Source of the DNA: Ostreococcus lucimarinus
Taxonomy: Eukaryota
DNA: 64,000 bases
Reading direction: 5' to 3' (one strand)
NCBI GenBank assembly: GCA_000092065.1
Contig: CP000589.1
Under the pieces are notes generated by a model. The model searched no databases. It had not been told where the DNA came from and saw only the letters and a program-made list of their open reading frames with translations. Position 1 is the first letter of the stretch, and each line of letters starts with the position of its first letter. Positions 1 through 10,605 of this stretch are shown here, piece after piece. A program made the position numbers and the translations under genes.

Positions 1-8
1 TCAGAGCA

Positions 9-1154
9 GTGGCGCAAGGCACACAACGCGTCAGCGAAGCGCTCACGCCGCAAGAAATTGAAGCGAACGAAGCTAGAGACGCGGCGTCGACGACGTCTTC
101 GTCGGTGGAAAGTGAGACCACAACCGACGAGAGGCAGGCGCAGCTCGACGCGATCGAAGCGTTGGCCGCAAAGCAATCGCAAGAGTTGCTTGAACGCCAA
201 CGCGCGAATCAAGAGCGTTTGAAAAGACTGCAGCTCGAGTACCAAGCCGCCAAGGCGGAGCTCGCAAAGGTTGAAAAGAAAAGCACGGCAAAAATGGCTG
301 CAAAAGTTGTCAAAGTTGACGACCGCGCGACGTCCACCGACGCCGAGGAAGACGAGAAGGAACGCATTCGTTCTGAGACAAACATCATCAAGGCTCGTAC
401 ATCTCTCAAGAAAGCCGCTCAAAAGGCGAAGAGTGACGCCCGAAAGTCTGAAAAAGAAGCGCGCGTACAGGAAAAGCGCCAAGTGGAGGAGACTGGCGTA
501 ACAACTAAGGACGCGGTGAACGGTGCAAATCTCTTCGCCGGCTTCGTCGCCTCGGCGCTTAAAACCGTCGCCACGCTGGGCGGAGCGGAAGTTTTGCGTC
601 GTCGTCAAGAGGCTGATCGCGATGCGTCGAAAGCGCGCTTACTTTTGGAATTGGTGGATGTCGACGGCGGCCGCGAATGTAGTCCAGACACGCTCGAGCG
701 CATCAACGAGGCAATCGCCACGCTCGAGGCGTTGAATCCCACAAAAAAAGGAGCGAAGAGCACTCTGATGCTCGGCCTTTGGAGCTGCGCGTTCACGAAT
801 TGTCCGCAGATTCTGGGAACGGAAGGCATCAACATGATGAAACAGAAGGGCGCGACCACATTCTTTAGCTACGATCTCGACACCGAGCGGTGCGAAATCG
901 ACCGAGGGTGGCCTCTGAGACGTCTGCGAGCGAGCGTATCGTACAGAACTGATTCTTCGTTCGAGCTCGATATTCCCCTGGCTCCCATATCTAAAGTGTT
1001 CGGGATTTCGTTATCCAACGAAGAGCGCAACTACTCCGCCCTGACGGTGACGTATCTCGATCCGGACATGCAAATTTGCCGAGGTCGCGACGATACCGTG
1101 TACGTCTTCGTGCAAAACGACCCGACGCACAGGCTCGATCTCATCGGCGATTAA
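9..1154 (+). CDS. PAP/fibrillin-family (plastid lipid-associated) protein; 5' end open to the window edge
   Basis: The C-terminal ~200 aa carry a fibrillin-domain pattern: LEALNPTKKGAKSTLMLGLWSCAFTN, ILGTEG, YLDPDMQICRG. The N-terminal half is Ala/Glu/Lys-rich coiled coil. The frame stays open to nt 1; the track start at 9 is GTG, and the first in-frame ATG is at 294. Confidence 0.55.
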   Translation: MAQGTQRVSEALTPQEIEANEARDAASTTSSSVESETTTDERQAQLDAIEALAAKQSQELLERQRANQERLKRLQLEYQAAKAELAKVEKKSTAKMAAKVVKVDDRATSTDAEEDEKERIRSETNIIKARTSLKKAAQKAKSDARKSEKEARVQEKRQVEETGVTTKDAVNGANLFAGFVASALKTVATLGGAEVLRRRQEADRDASKARLLLELVDVDGGRECSPDTLERINEAIATLEALNPTKKGAKSTLMLGLWSCAFTNCPQILGTEGINMMKQKGATTFFSYDLDTERCEIDRGWPLRRLRASVSYRTDSSFELDIPLAPISKVFGISLSNEERNYSALTVTYLDPDMQICRGRDDTVYVFVQNDPTHRLDLIGD

Positions 1155-1330
1155 CGCGACGCGCGAAGCGTTCGTTCCTCGCCTCGCCTTAGCTCTCGCG
1201 TTGTGATAGAGGTGCCCGCAATCGTCCCTCAACTCCCCCCCGGTGCCCGGATTTTCAGAGAATCGCGATCGCGCGCAGAACTCGGAGACGAGCGCGCGCC
1301 GGCGCGGCGCCACCGCGCGTCGCGCGCGCG

Positions 1331-3892
1331 ATGTCGAACCCGCTCGAAGAACGCTTCCGCAGGTCATGGTTCGAACACCTCAGTCGCCTTCGAGAAGTCG
1401 AAGCCGCGTGCGCGCCGGAGATCGAAGGCGATCCGGCCCTCCGGTACAGCGTGCCCCGGATCGTCTGCATCGGTGAAGAGTCCTCTGGGAAATCCTCCAC
1501 GCTCGAGCGCGTGGCGATGATGAGCGTGTTTCCGAGCGACGAGAGACTGTGCACGCGGGTGCCGATCGAGCTGCGGCTGAGGCATCGCGATCGGGAGAGT
1601 TTGGCAAAGGAGGAAGAGCGGTTTAGGGACGGGTACGTCGTCATGAAAATGGCGCCGGGCGAGGATTCCAAGTTAAACGCGGACGTTTCCTCACAGATGC
1701 ATCCCGATGAAGTTCCGGCGCAAGTTCGCACGTGGATGGAAGAGCTAGTCGCGGCGGCGAACGGCAAAGTGACGGGCGTGACGGATGACCGGATAATCAT
1801 CGAGCTGTACTCTCCGCTGTGCGTCAACCTGGATTTGATCGATTTACCTGGGATCGTGGCTGGGAGCATACCAGGGGAGCCTACGGACATGATGGACCGC
1901 ACGAGAAATCTATCGGCATCGTTCTTGAATGATAAGGCGCATCCACATACGTTTGTCATCGCCGTCGCATCGGCGCGCGAGGCGAGAATTCGTAACTCGC
2001 AAGCGATGGAATTGGTGCAGCGTTACAATAAAGTGCAATTCACTATTGGTGCTTTGACGATGGCGGATCTTTCAGCAGACAGTCGCCGTGAATCACCATA
2101 TACGAGACTGATCGAACGTTTGAATGCACAAGCGGACGATACGCCGGAGCTCGGTCTTGGGTACGTGGCTCTCAAGAATCGCGACACCGTTACGGCGACA
2201 CGAGAAAACCAATCGAGAGAAGAACTCGAGAAGGCCAACCAAGATGAAAAAGAATGGTTTGCTGAGCATCTTTCCGGACATACTGAACGCTGTGGCATTG
2301 AAAGTCTCGTCGATAGACTCGTGCAAAAAGTTGACGAGTACACCAGGGGGCCATGGATCGTAGCCGAGCGCGAGCGCATCGAGACTGAGCTCGTGAAAGT
2401 GCGACAAGAATTAAGCGACATGGGCGAGTTCCTGCCGAACGATTTGAATGAACTTATTTCTTACTTTTCCAGTGAGATAGAGAAGCAGTGTAAACCTTCG
2501 TTTGAAACACTTCTTGAGTTTGTTCCAACGGTGACATCCGGCAGCGCCGGACTGCAAGATATCTACGACGCCGCAAACTTTACGATTTGGCAACACAGCG
2601 ATATCCACTCGCTAATGCCGTCAATTTCTCCAACCACTTTAAAGACATTCGACGGTCGAATGTTCTACGGCGAACCCACCTTTACAAAAAGATGGTCGCC
2701 GTTTGTGAAAATCACGCACAAACATCTTTTTGGGCAAGACACGCAGACACCTGAGACACCGTCCCATGCCTCATCAAATGGCGTTTGGACAATGCGGCGT
2801 GACGCTATAAACACAATTTCAGATCACTTCAATCAGACTTTTTGTAACGGTAGCCTGCTATTCGTTGGCCGACGTTGCTCATACGACGACGATGGTTGCG
2901 GTGGTGACAAGTTGGTTGGATTCTTTATCACACAGGACATGATACAACAAAGAAGACACGATATTCAGACCATGTTGGCGGCGTTGGGCAAGCGTGTGCC
3001 AACAGACAACCGTTCTCCTTGGACGAAGAGAGAGAACCATGAGAGCGATTCTCAGGATTCGAATTCTCAGTCACCAAATAATGTTGGAACAGGCACTGGT
3101 TTTGATTTTGCTCCGAACCTTTTTACTCAGCGTGCAGAGCGCGGACCGTTTCGTCGCGCGCGACGTTCAACGCGCGGCGGTCTCGAACAAGATGGGGAAG
3201 TAGTTGTTCTTTACCACCCTGCACGACCAGCTTTCAGAGCGAAGTTAGAGATATCTGAGGACCTGGAGAAATATTATGAGAACGTCTTGCATCTGCGCGA
3301 GTCTGTCGTTCGGATTTTCCAGACGAATGCTCGCGCCTTCTTTAAATCATCAATCACGGACGTATTGGACGTTCTGAAAGCAAAGGATGCGCGATTTTCT
3401 GTGTTTTTCGAATCGCTCTCTGTGATTCTTGATGATTGGTGCGAGGTGTGTGTTCGGAACGTAACCACTGAATTTGCTGAGTGGCTTACGAGGACAGGAG
3501 CCGTATCAGAGAATCGTGATGCGCATTTTCAAATCACCGCTTCGTATTTTACTAACTCGATAACACGCAAAATGCGCGAAATGATATTCTTTCATTACGC
3601 TGATTCAAGCATTGCCAAAGTTTTCGAATCAGGCGAGCTCAATGAAATCATGCGGCGGCACTGCGACGAGCATAACATCGATGTAGACGATCTTTACGTT
3701 GAAAACTGTGTTGAACAGCGTAAGAAAGCGGTGATGAAAATGGAAATGCTGACAACCATGAAGAACAGCCTACATCAAATATTTACGAGTGAAGTGGACG
3801 AACAAAGTAACGAACAACTTCCAAACACGCCAGAAGCAGATGCGGCACCTGTCCCGACTCTCTCGCACTCTCTCAGTCGAACTTCGATCTGA
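1331..3892 (+). CDS. dynamin-family large GTPase
   Basis: G1 P-loop PRIVCIGEESSGKSSTLE, G3 LIDLPGI and a G4-like TMAD lie in the first ~300 aa of an 853-aa uninterrupted ORF. The 3' half has clearly lower GC than the 5' end. Confidence 0.75.
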   Translation: MSNPLEERFRRSWFEHLSRLREVEAACAPEIEGDPALRYSVPRIVCIGEESSGKSSTLERVAMMSVFPSDERLCTRVPIELRLRHRDRESLAKEEERFRDGYVVMKMAPGEDSKLNADVSSQMHPDEVPAQVRTWMEELVAAANGKVTGVTDDRIIIELYSPLCVNLDLIDLPGIVAGSIPGEPTDMMDRTRNLSASFLNDKAHPHTFVIAVASAREARIRNSQAMELVQRYNKVQFTIGALTMADLSADSRRESPYTRLIERLNAQADDTPELGLGYVALKNRDTVTATRENQSREELEKANQDEKEWFAEHLSGHTERCGIESLVDRLVQKVDEYTRGPWIVAERERIETELVKVRQELSDMGEFLPNDLNELISYFSSEIEKQCKPSFETLLEFVPTVTSGSAGLQDIYDAANFTIWQHSDIHSLMPSISPTTLKTFDGRMFYGEPTFTKRWSPFVKITHKHLFGQDTQTPETPSHASSNGVWTMRRDAINTISDHFNQTFCNGSLLFVGRRCSYDDDGCGGDKLVGFFITQDMIQQRRHDIQTMLAALGKRVPTDNRSPWTKRENHESDSQDSNSQSPNNVGTGTGFDFAPNLFTQRAERGPFRRARRSTRGGLEQDGEVVVLYHPARPAFRAKLEISEDLEKYYENVLHLRESVVRIFQTNARAFFKSSITDVLDVLKAKDARFSVFFESLSVILDDWCEVCVRNVTTEFAEWLTRTGAVSENRDAHFQITASYFTNSITRKMREMIFFHYADSSIAKVFESGELNEIMRRHCDEHNIDVDDLYVENCVEQRKKAVMKMEMLTTMKNSLHQIFTSEVDEQSNEQLPNTPEADAAPVPTLSHSLSRTSI

Positions 3893-3969
3893 TACTTTTG
3901 TGGAACCCGTGGAGTAAAGAGTCGTAACAACAATGAATCAAATATACAACATGTTTTCTATGTTTTCTT

Positions 3970-5787
3970 CTACAAAAGTCCCGCGCGCGTTATCTCGAGC
4001 AACTCGTCCCCTGGCGCCGAGCGCACGTGAAAGTTCACCAGCGTCGGTTGCATGTACGCGATGGAAATGGACATCGCGAACGGGTACACGGGATGAAAAA
4101 CGTACTGCACGCGTCGCTTGCTTCGTCCGTTATTCGCCAGGGAGTTGTTCAGCATTAACTTGAAACTCACGCGACGCCGTTGACCCTGTTGCGCGCTGAC
4201 GAATTTAATGCCAAAGTCCACGTGCGGCTGCAAGCGGTCGATGGCGGTGATCGTGCGCTCGTCGTAAGAGAAGAGCCTCTTGTCAAAGTACGGCGACAGC
4301 GACCTGAACTGCGGTGGGTAATCTTGCGTACGGAACAAGCGCGTGGCGATGGTGTTGAACGCATCCTCATCGTCGTCATCGATCTCCGCCGTGGACGTGT
4401 TACACACAGCCAGCGCCTCTCCTTGGCTCCCCGCGAAGCGCGCCCAGGGAAAATCGCCGCGCGGCGGAGCGTTTAACTCTTCGTCCACCATTCCATTCGT
4501 ATCGCTCATGCTCGTCGCCGTCTGCGTAAATGCATTCTTACTCAGATCGAAGACACCATACATCGTCGGCCCGATGACGTTGTCCCCGCGCCGCGCCAGC
4601 GCGTACTCGGGCGTGCCAAACTTGATGAGGAGCAAATTCGCGTCCAGGATGCGCACGCGAAGCATCACCAACGACACGTATCGCTCAAAGTTTCGGTGCA
4701 ACAGTCGCAGCGCGTCCGGGCTCGACGATCGTCGCGCGTCGTGATATAACGATGTCACCAAACGCTGCGTCAATCCGGTGAGCATCGACCGCCCCGAGGC
4801 GGCGAATCCCGTCGCGCGCGTTCGCGCCTTCTCCGCCGCTTGCGGTTCGGCGTCCATCCAAGCCCGCTCGCGCGCGTCTTGTGCGGCTACAGTTTCCTTG
4901 TCCTCGTTCGTGATGTGCTCACCGATCGATGCGACTTCTTCGAATCGTCCCTCTTCGTGCACTCGCAGAAAAATCACGCGCTGATGCTTCATCGACAACA
5001 CCGCGAGCGTGTCGCCTCGAAGACTCACCGCGCCGTTCCGCGGCAGGTGCATGAAATCGTCTCGAAACGTGAACGAGTCCAATTTCTCGCCCGTCTTCGT
5101 GCGCACGAGATGTAACACGATGCGCTGCATCGAAGGCGCTCCCGAAATCCCGCCCGACGTCTCCTGCGTCTCCGTTCCGCGTCGCCCTCTCGCTCGCGCC
5201 GCCGCTCGCGCCGGCGCCCCGTCTTCGTCCTCTCGCATCGCCCCTCCCGCGGCGACCGACGACCCATCCAACGGCGTCGCGCTCGCCGCGACGATGTACT
5301 CCCCATCGTGCACCTCGAGCATGAAATCCTTCACGATCGCGTCGTCTCCATCGCTCAGATGCGTCGTCCACTTCTCTTCAAAGTACGACCAAAACGATCC
5401 CATCGCCCGCTCCGTCGCCTCGCTCGCCACCACCTCCCCTCGCTTATCCCGCCTCAGGCACGCCCGCATTCCCCTGAACGCGTACCCCACCAGCTCTTGC
5501 TGATGTCTCGACACGCACAGCAGCATCGACCCGTCGTTCGTGAACTTTCTCGGCGCCACGTCGGGAAAATCGCACACGCGACACGTCGCGTTCGGCGTCA
5601 CCCCGCTCGCGTACACTCGCCGCGCGTTCGCGTGATCGTTCCCCGCGCCTCGTCCCAGCGCCGCGCGATCGAGCGTCCACCTGAAGACGCTCGCGCGCGA
5701 CGTCTCCGCGTCGCCGTCGCGTCTTCCGCGCGCCATCCCGTCGCCATCGTCGCCGTCGTCGTCGTCGCGCCGCCGCTTCTTATCCAT
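3970..5787 (-). CDS. DET1: DET1 (de-etiolated 1) homolog
   Basis: Full-length colinear similarity to plant and animal DET1: VFRWTLDRA, CDFPDVAPRKFTNDGSMLLCVSRHQQELVGY, DDFMHLPRNGAVSL, LLLIKFG, SPYFDKRLFSYDE, QYVFHPVYPFAMSI, VNFHVR. The track ORF 3970..7017 overruns by ~410 Arg-rich codons. Start set to ATG 5787 (MDKKRRRDDDD); alternative ATG at 5736. Confidence 0.8.
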   Translation of the reverse strand: MDKKRRRDDDDGDDGDGMARGRRDGDAETSRASVFRWTLDRAALGRGAGNDHANARRVYASGVTPNATCRVCDFPDVAPRKFTNDGSMLLCVSRHQQELVGYAFRGMRACLRRDKRGEVVASEATERAMGSFWSYFEEKWTTHLSDGDDAIVKDFMLEVHDGEYIVAASATPLDGSSVAAGGAMREDEDGAPARAAARARGRRGTETQETSGGISGAPSMQRIVLHLVRTKTGEKLDSFTFRDDFMHLPRNGAVSLRGDTLAVLSMKHQRVIFLRVHEEGRFEEVASIGEHITNEDKETVAAQDARERAWMDAEPQAAEKARTRATGFAASGRSMLTGLTQRLVTSLYHDARRSSSPDALRLLHRNFERYVSLVMLRVRILDANLLLIKFGTPEYALARRGDNVIGPTMYGVFDLSKNAFTQTATSMSDTNGMVDEELNAPPRGDFPWARFAGSQGEALAVCNTSTAEIDDDDEDAFNTIATRLFRTQDYPPQFRSLSPYFDKRLFSYDERTITAIDRLQPHVDFGIKFVSAQQGQRRRVSFKLMLNNSLANNGRSKRRVQYVFHPVYPFAMSISIAYMQPTLVNFHVRSAPGDELLEITRAGLL

Positions 5788-6184
5788 CGCGTCGTCGCCT
5801 CGCGCGCGCGGTCGCGGTGCGCCGTCGTCGCGCGCGCGCGCTCGCTCGCGCGTCGCCTCGCGCGACGCGTCGCGCGCGCGGCGTATCGTATTTTCGCGCG
5901 CTCGGCGTTCGCGTCGCGCGCGTCGCGCGCGGTCGCGCGCGCGGTGTGCGGCGCCGACGCGACGACCGACGTCACCGCGGGACGTTTCGAGCGTTTCGCC
6001 GTCGATTCGCGTCGACGCGCGCGTCGCGACGCGCGCGACGCGAACGCGCGCGCGCGCGCGGTCCGCGACGGAGAAAAATTTCGCGCGCGCGGTCGCGCGC
6101 CGTCGCGCGCGGACGCGCGTCGCGCGCGCGTCGCGACGCGTCGCGACGCGCCGTCGTCGCGAATGCGCGAATTCGCGACGCGCG
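5788..6184. promoter_or_regulatory. CpG-saturated bidirectional spacer between DET1 (minus) and the GT4 gene (plus)
   Basis: ~400 bp that is almost entirely CGCG/GCGC with no coding signal. It lies between two divergently oriented start codons. Both strands carry only Arg/Ala-rich pseudo-ORFs. Confidence 0.4.
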
Positions 6185-7615
6185 ATGCGATCCGCGTCCG
6201 CGCGCGTCGCGCGATCCGCGACGCGCGGCGCGCGGTGTCGACGCCGACGCGCGCGCGTCGCGCGATCGACGCGCGCCGCGAGGCCGACGGCGCCGTCGAT
6301 CGCGTTCGTCGGGTGGGAGTGGATCGAACCGTCGTCCTCGGCGGCGGGCGCGCGGTCCGTCGCGCTCGTCGCGGAGGCGCTGCGGCGAGGGTGGCGCGTG
6401 ACGTGCGTCGCCAGCGCGGAGGCGCGCGCGGGGCAGGAGGACGCGCTCCGCGCGATGGGCGCCGAGACGCGCCGGATGAAGGCGAATCGAGGGGATGAAT
6501 TGCGCGCGCTCGTCGAGGCGGCGAGACCGGATTGCGTCGTGTTCGATAGGTTCCTCGCGGAGGAGGCGTACGCGGGGAGGCTGCGGGAGATCGCGCCGAG
6601 CGTGGTGCGAGTGCTCGACATGCAGGACGCGCACGCGCTGCGAAGGGCGAGGGAACGCGCGGCGAAGGCGGCGAAGACGCGCGGCGAAGACGCGGCGAAG
6701 GAGGTTTTGAAGAGCGCGCCGAACGCGAGGGACGAGGATTTGATGCGCGAGATCGCGAGCGTGCAGAGGAGCGATTTAACTCTGGTGTGCTCGCCCGTGG
6801 AAAAGGAGTGGTTGACGCGCGAGTGCGGCGTGGCGGAGAGGAAATTACGCTTGGCGTCCTTCTTCGTCGATTCCGTCGACGCCGAGGCGATGAAGAGGGA
6901 TTTTAGCGCGCGGAAGGATTTCGCCACCATCGGTACGTTCATGCATAAACCAAACGTAGATTCTGTAGAGTGGTTGTGCGAAGAGGTGTGGCCGTTGGTG
7001 CGCAAACAGCTCCCCAACGCGACGATGCGCGTGTACGGATCTTACGCCACCGAAAACCATCGTCGACGATTTCACAAACCAGCGCAAGGATTCTTGTTCG
7101 AAGGTTTCGCGGAGGACTTGGGCGAGACGTTGCGCGCGCATCGCGTGTTGCTCGCCCCGCTTCGGTTCGGCGCCGGTATCAAAGGCAAGATTCTCGACGC
7201 GTGGCGATACGGATTACCCGCGTGCACGACGCCCATCGGCTCCGAGGGATGCGTGCCGGACGTCGTCGAGTTTTGGTCGCCCACTTCGAGCGCGCCGATA
7301 GACCCCGAGCACGGGTGGGGCGGGTTTGGCGATTTCACAAACCCGCAAGATATCGCCGACGCCGCCGTTCGTCTTCACGAAGACGAAAATTTGTGGCGTC
7401 TCGCTCGCGGAAACGGCGCCGACCTCCTCGATCGCCTCTTCTCCGCCCGCGTCAACTTACCCGACGTCTTCGACGCCATCGAGCGCGTCATCGACGATGT
7501 CGATGCCGTTCGAGACGCGGATTATTTCGGCCAGTGCTTATGGCGAGAAGACGTGCGTTCGACGACGTACTTTTCCAAATGGATCGAAGCGAAAGAAACC
7601 GGCGCGACGAATTAG
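6185..7615 (+). CDS. GT-B glycosyltransferase (GT1/GT4-like)
   Basis: C-terminal GT-B donor-binding pattern RVLLAPLRFGAGIKGKILDAWRYGLPACTTPIGSEG, preceded by an N-terminal Rossmann-like half (IAFVGWEWIEPSS...). Which upstream ATG is the true start is uncertain; 6185 is the ORF start. Confidence 0.6.
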   Translation: MRSASARVARSATRGARCRRRRARVARSTRAARPTAPSIAFVGWEWIEPSSSAAGARSVALVAEALRRGWRVTCVASAEARAGQEDALRAMGAETRRMKANRGDELRALVEAARPDCVVFDRFLAEEAYAGRLREIAPSVVRVLDMQDAHALRRARERAAKAAKTRGEDAAKEVLKSAPNARDEDLMREIASVQRSDLTLVCSPVEKEWLTRECGVAERKLRLASFFVDSVDAEAMKRDFSARKDFATIGTFMHKPNVDSVEWLCEEVWPLVRKQLPNATMRVYGSYATENHRRRFHKPAQGFLFEGFAEDLGETLRAHRVLLAPLRFGAGIKGKILDAWRYGLPACTTPIGSEGCVPDVVEFWSPTSSAPIDPEHGWGGFGDFTNPQDIADAAVRLHEDENLWRLARGNGADLLDRLFSARVNLPDVFDAIERVIDDVDAVRDADYFGQCLWREDVRSTTYFSKWIEAKETGATN

Positions 7616-7654
7616 TTTCTAGTCTTGAATTGTATCGTGATAGATGGTCGTTAA

Positions 7655-9139
7655 TTAAATCGTGCAAATCGGGTTGTTCTTCACCGACGTGATTTGCATC
7701 TTCGAGCCGAACAAGTCGCGAATGTTGTCGATGCCGTACATGATCATCGTCGGTCGCTCGAGCGAGAGACCCCAGGCGATGACGTTGACGTCCTCGGGCA
7801 GACCCATCGGCTCGAGCATCTCCGGACGAAACATCCCGGAGTTACCGACCTCGACCCACTTGTCGAGCATCGGGTGGAAGGCGAAAATTTCCATTGAAGG
7901 CTCGGTGTACGGGTTGAACGCGGGCTTGAATCGAAGCTGCGTCATCCCGAGACGCTCAAAGAATTGATACAACACGCCGATGAGATCGCCGAGCGTGAGA
8001 TCTTTGTCGCAAATAACACCCTCGACTTGGTGGAACTCGGCGAGGTGCGTGCGATCGACGGCTTCGTTGCGAAACACGCGATCGATGGAGAACATTCGCG
8101 CCGGCTTGAAACCGGTTTGCGCGATGTCGTACAGCATGCGCGCGCTCACCGCGGTGGTGTGCGTGCGAAGAATATTCTTATCCGCCTCTGCGCGCTTCCA
8201 CGCGTACTGATGACCGATCGAACCGTTCCCCCCGGTCTCGTGCATCTTACGCACGCGTTCCACGTAATCCTCCGGCGCAAAGTTCATCGTCGCCGGCGTC
8301 TTCATAAAAAACGTGTCGTGCGCGTCTCGCGCCGGGTGCTGTTGCGGTTGAATCAGCGTGTCAAAATTCCAAAATCCACTCTCCACGAAGTTATTCGTCG
8401 GCATCTCCGAGAACCCCAACGAGAAGAAAATCTCCCGAAACGCCTGTCGAACCTTGAGCAACGGGTGCACGTGCCCGCTCGCCGGCTGCGCCCCCGCCCC
8501 CGGCACCAAATTATACGCCTTAAACGCCTGTCCCCTCCACGACCCTTCATTCATCATCTCCTTCGTCAAATCCGCCGGCAGCACCTTGCGCTCGAGCGCG
8601 AACTCCGCCCCCTTCGTCAATTCGTACTCTTTCCACCGCTCCTCCTTGGCCAATTTTCGCTTCTTCGTCAGCGTCTCCAGCGTCTTCGCATCCACGGTTT
8701 CTCCACCCCTCAGCGCTCGCAGCGCCTCCCGCACGTCATCCTCGATCGTCTCCACCCGTCGCTCCACCCTCGGCGTCGCTCCCTTCACCATCGCCAACCA
8801 ATTCCTTTGCATCGCCTGCTTGAACCCGACGTCCGCCGCCCCCGGTCCCGCGCGCGTCCTGAACGCGTCCAGCTCGATCCCCTCCTCCGGCACGCACGCG
8901 AACGCGCGCGCCTCGGGCGATCCCTCATCGACGCACCGCTCGCCCTCCGCCGTCAGCGTCGTCCTGGAGCGCTCGATCGCGCGCGCGACGACCATGTTCG
9001 CCGCCGTCAGCCGCTTGACGACGCCGACGACCGCCTGATGATCGACGCCGTGGCGCGCGCTCGCGGACGCGGTGTCCGCGATGCCGTCGCGGGCGATCGC
9101 GGCGAGGACATCGCGCTCGATCGCGTCGGCGTCGGACAT
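7655..9139 (-). CDS. FARSA: phenylalanine--tRNA ligase alpha subunit (cytosolic type)
   Basis: Class II aaRS core motifs: FKPAFNPYTEPSMEIFAF, GNSGMFRPEML, HQVEGV. The N-terminus HQAVVGVVKRL matches the FARSA N-domain. The track ORF (to 9565) overruns; start set to ATG 9139 (MSDADAIERD). Confidence 0.85.
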   Translation of the reverse strand: MSDADAIERDVLAAIARDGIADTASASARHGVDHQAVVGVVKRLTAANMVVARAIERSRTTLTAEGERCVDEGSPEARAFACVPEEGIELDAFRTRAGPGAADVGFKQAMQRNWLAMVKGATPRVERRVETIEDDVREALRALRGGETVDAKTLETLTKKRKLAKEERWKEYELTKGAEFALERKVLPADLTKEMMNEGSWRGQAFKAYNLVPGAGAQPASGHVHPLLKVRQAFREIFFSLGFSEMPTNNFVESGFWNFDTLIQPQQHPARDAHDTFFMKTPATMNFAPEDYVERVRKMHETGGNGSIGHQYAWKRAEADKNILRTHTTAVSARMLYDIAQTGFKPARMFSIDRVFRNEAVDRTHLAEFHQVEGVICDKDLTLGDLIGVLYQFFERLGMTQLRFKPAFNPYTEPSMEIFAFHPMLDKWVEVGNSGMFRPEMLEPMGLPEDVNVIAWGLSLERPTMIMYGIDNIRDLFGSKMQITSVKNNPICTI

Positions 9140-9299
9140 CGTCCGCGGCTCGCGCGCGGCTCGAGCGTCGCGCGATGGCGCGCGATGGCGGATCGACAGA
9201 CCCTCGAACGCGCCATCGACGGTTCGTGACTCAAGAAGAGAGGGGGTCGACGACGCGGGCACGCGACGCACCGCATCGGCGCGACCGCAGACGGCGACG

Positions 9300-10568
9300 A
9301 TGGCGCGCGCGCGCGCGAGCGATCGGCGGCGACCCGCGGCGGCGCTCGCGGTGGCGCTGACGCTCGCGTGCGTCGCGCGCGCGACGACGCGAGGCGCGGC
9401 GCCACCGACGCGCGTCGAAAAGATGACGACGCGACGCGCGGCGCGCGACGCGTTCGCGTCGACGACGAGCGGCGACGCGAGGACGCTCGACGACGCGCGA
9501 CGCGCGTTCGCGTTCGCGAGCGATCGCAAGGCGCACGCGCTGGTGACGGGCGGCGCGGGATTCATCGGGTCGCACTGCGCCGAGGCGCTGCTGCGGCGCG
9601 GCTACGCGGTGACGACGGTGGATAACATGAGCCGAGGGAACGCGGGCGCGGTCGAGGCGCTGCGAAGGATGGCGCCGAAGGGAAGCCTGCGAGCGGTGCG
9701 AGGGGATCTGGGCGTCGTCGAGGACGTGGACGCGGCGTTCGGGAACACGAACATGCCGGTGGACGCGGTGTTTCACTTCGCGGCCATCGCGTACGTGGGG
9801 GAGTCGATGGCGGATCCGGTGAGGTATTACTCGAACATCACGACGAACACGGTGAATTTATTGCGAGTGATGCAGGCGAAAGATGTGAGGAAGATGATTT
9901 ACAGCTCGACGTGCGCGACGTACGGGAACGTGGAGAAGTTGCCCATCACCGAGTCGACGCCGACGAGGCCGATTAATCCGTACGGCAAGTCCAAGTTGTA
10001 CGCCGAAAACGCGATCAAGGATTACGCGCTGGCGAATCCAAAGTTTAAGGCGTCGATTTTGCGGTATTTCAACGTGTTCGGGGGCGATCCCGAGGGCGTG
10101 TTGGGCGAGTTGCCGCGCGCGGAGTTGCGCGAGCACGGGAGAATTTCCGGCGCGTGCTTCGACGCGGCGATGAAGAACATCGACAAGCTCACGGTGATGG
10201 GGACGAAGCACCCGACGCGGGACGGGACGACGATACGAGACTTTGTGCACGTCGTAGATTTAGTGGACGCGCACATAGCGGTGGCGGAAAAGAACAAATT
10301 TGATAATCCTCCGTCGTTGTACAACGTCGGCACGGGGAGCGGCGTGAGCATGCGAGAGTTCGTGGAGACGTGTAAAAAGGTGACGGGCGTCGACATAGAG
10401 ATTCACTATCGCGCTGAACCTCGGCCCGGAGATTACGCCGAGGTGTACGCGAACGTGGACAAGATCAAACACGAGCTCGGGTGGGAGGCAAAGTACACGG
10501 ATTTGCACGAGAGCCTGACGCACGCGTGGAAGTTTAGAAAAACGAAGGGCGACACCTGGGAATTGTAA
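9300..10568 (+). CDS. membrane-anchored UDP-sugar 4-epimerase (extended SDR; UDP-Xyl/UDP-Ara 4-epimerase-like)
   Basis: Rossmann VTGGAGFIGSH and catalytic YGKSK (YxxxK) fit the UDP-glucose 4-epimerase family. The N-terminal signal-anchor MARARASDRRRPAAALAVALTLACVA resembles Golgi type-II UDP-Xyl/UDP-Ara 4-epimerases (MUR4-like). Track ORF starts at 9072; start set to ATG 9300. Confidence 0.8.
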   Translation: MARARASDRRRPAAALAVALTLACVARATTRGAAPPTRVEKMTTRRAARDAFASTTSGDARTLDDARRAFAFASDRKAHALVTGGAGFIGSHCAEALLRRGYAVTTVDNMSRGNAGAVEALRRMAPKGSLRAVRGDLGVVEDVDAAFGNTNMPVDAVFHFAAIAYVGESMADPVRYYSNITTNTVNLLRVMQAKDVRKMIYSSTCATYGNVEKLPITESTPTRPINPYGKSKLYAENAIKDYALANPKFKASILRYFNVFGGDPEGVLGELPRAELREHGRISGACFDAAMKNIDKLTVMGTKHPTRDGTTIRDFVHVVDLVDAHIAVAEKNKFDNPPSLYNVGTGSGVSMREFVETCKKVTGVDIEIHYRAEPRPGDYAEVYANVDKIKHELGWEAKYTDLHESLTHAWKFRKTKGDTWEL

Positions 10569-10605
10569 ACGAGCTGTAATTGTACTACCGTAGCAACGAA
10601 TTTTT

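Noticed and set aside
5308-6634. Track ORFs 5308..6498 (+, 396 aa), 5817..6401 (+), 5972..6634 (-) and 5598..5975 (-), all composed of Arg/Ala.
   Set aside because: They lie in the CGCG-saturated DET1/GT4 divergent spacer. They have no domain content, exist in every frame and are pure low-complexity. They are artefacts of stop-codon scarcity.
5788-7017. N-terminal 410 codons of track ORF 3970..7017, upstream of the DET1 homology.
   Set aside because: DET1 homology begins at ~aa 411-470 of the ORF (VFRWTLDRA...). Upstream is Arg-rich junk antisense to the GT4 gene. The true start is most likely ATG 5787 or 5736.
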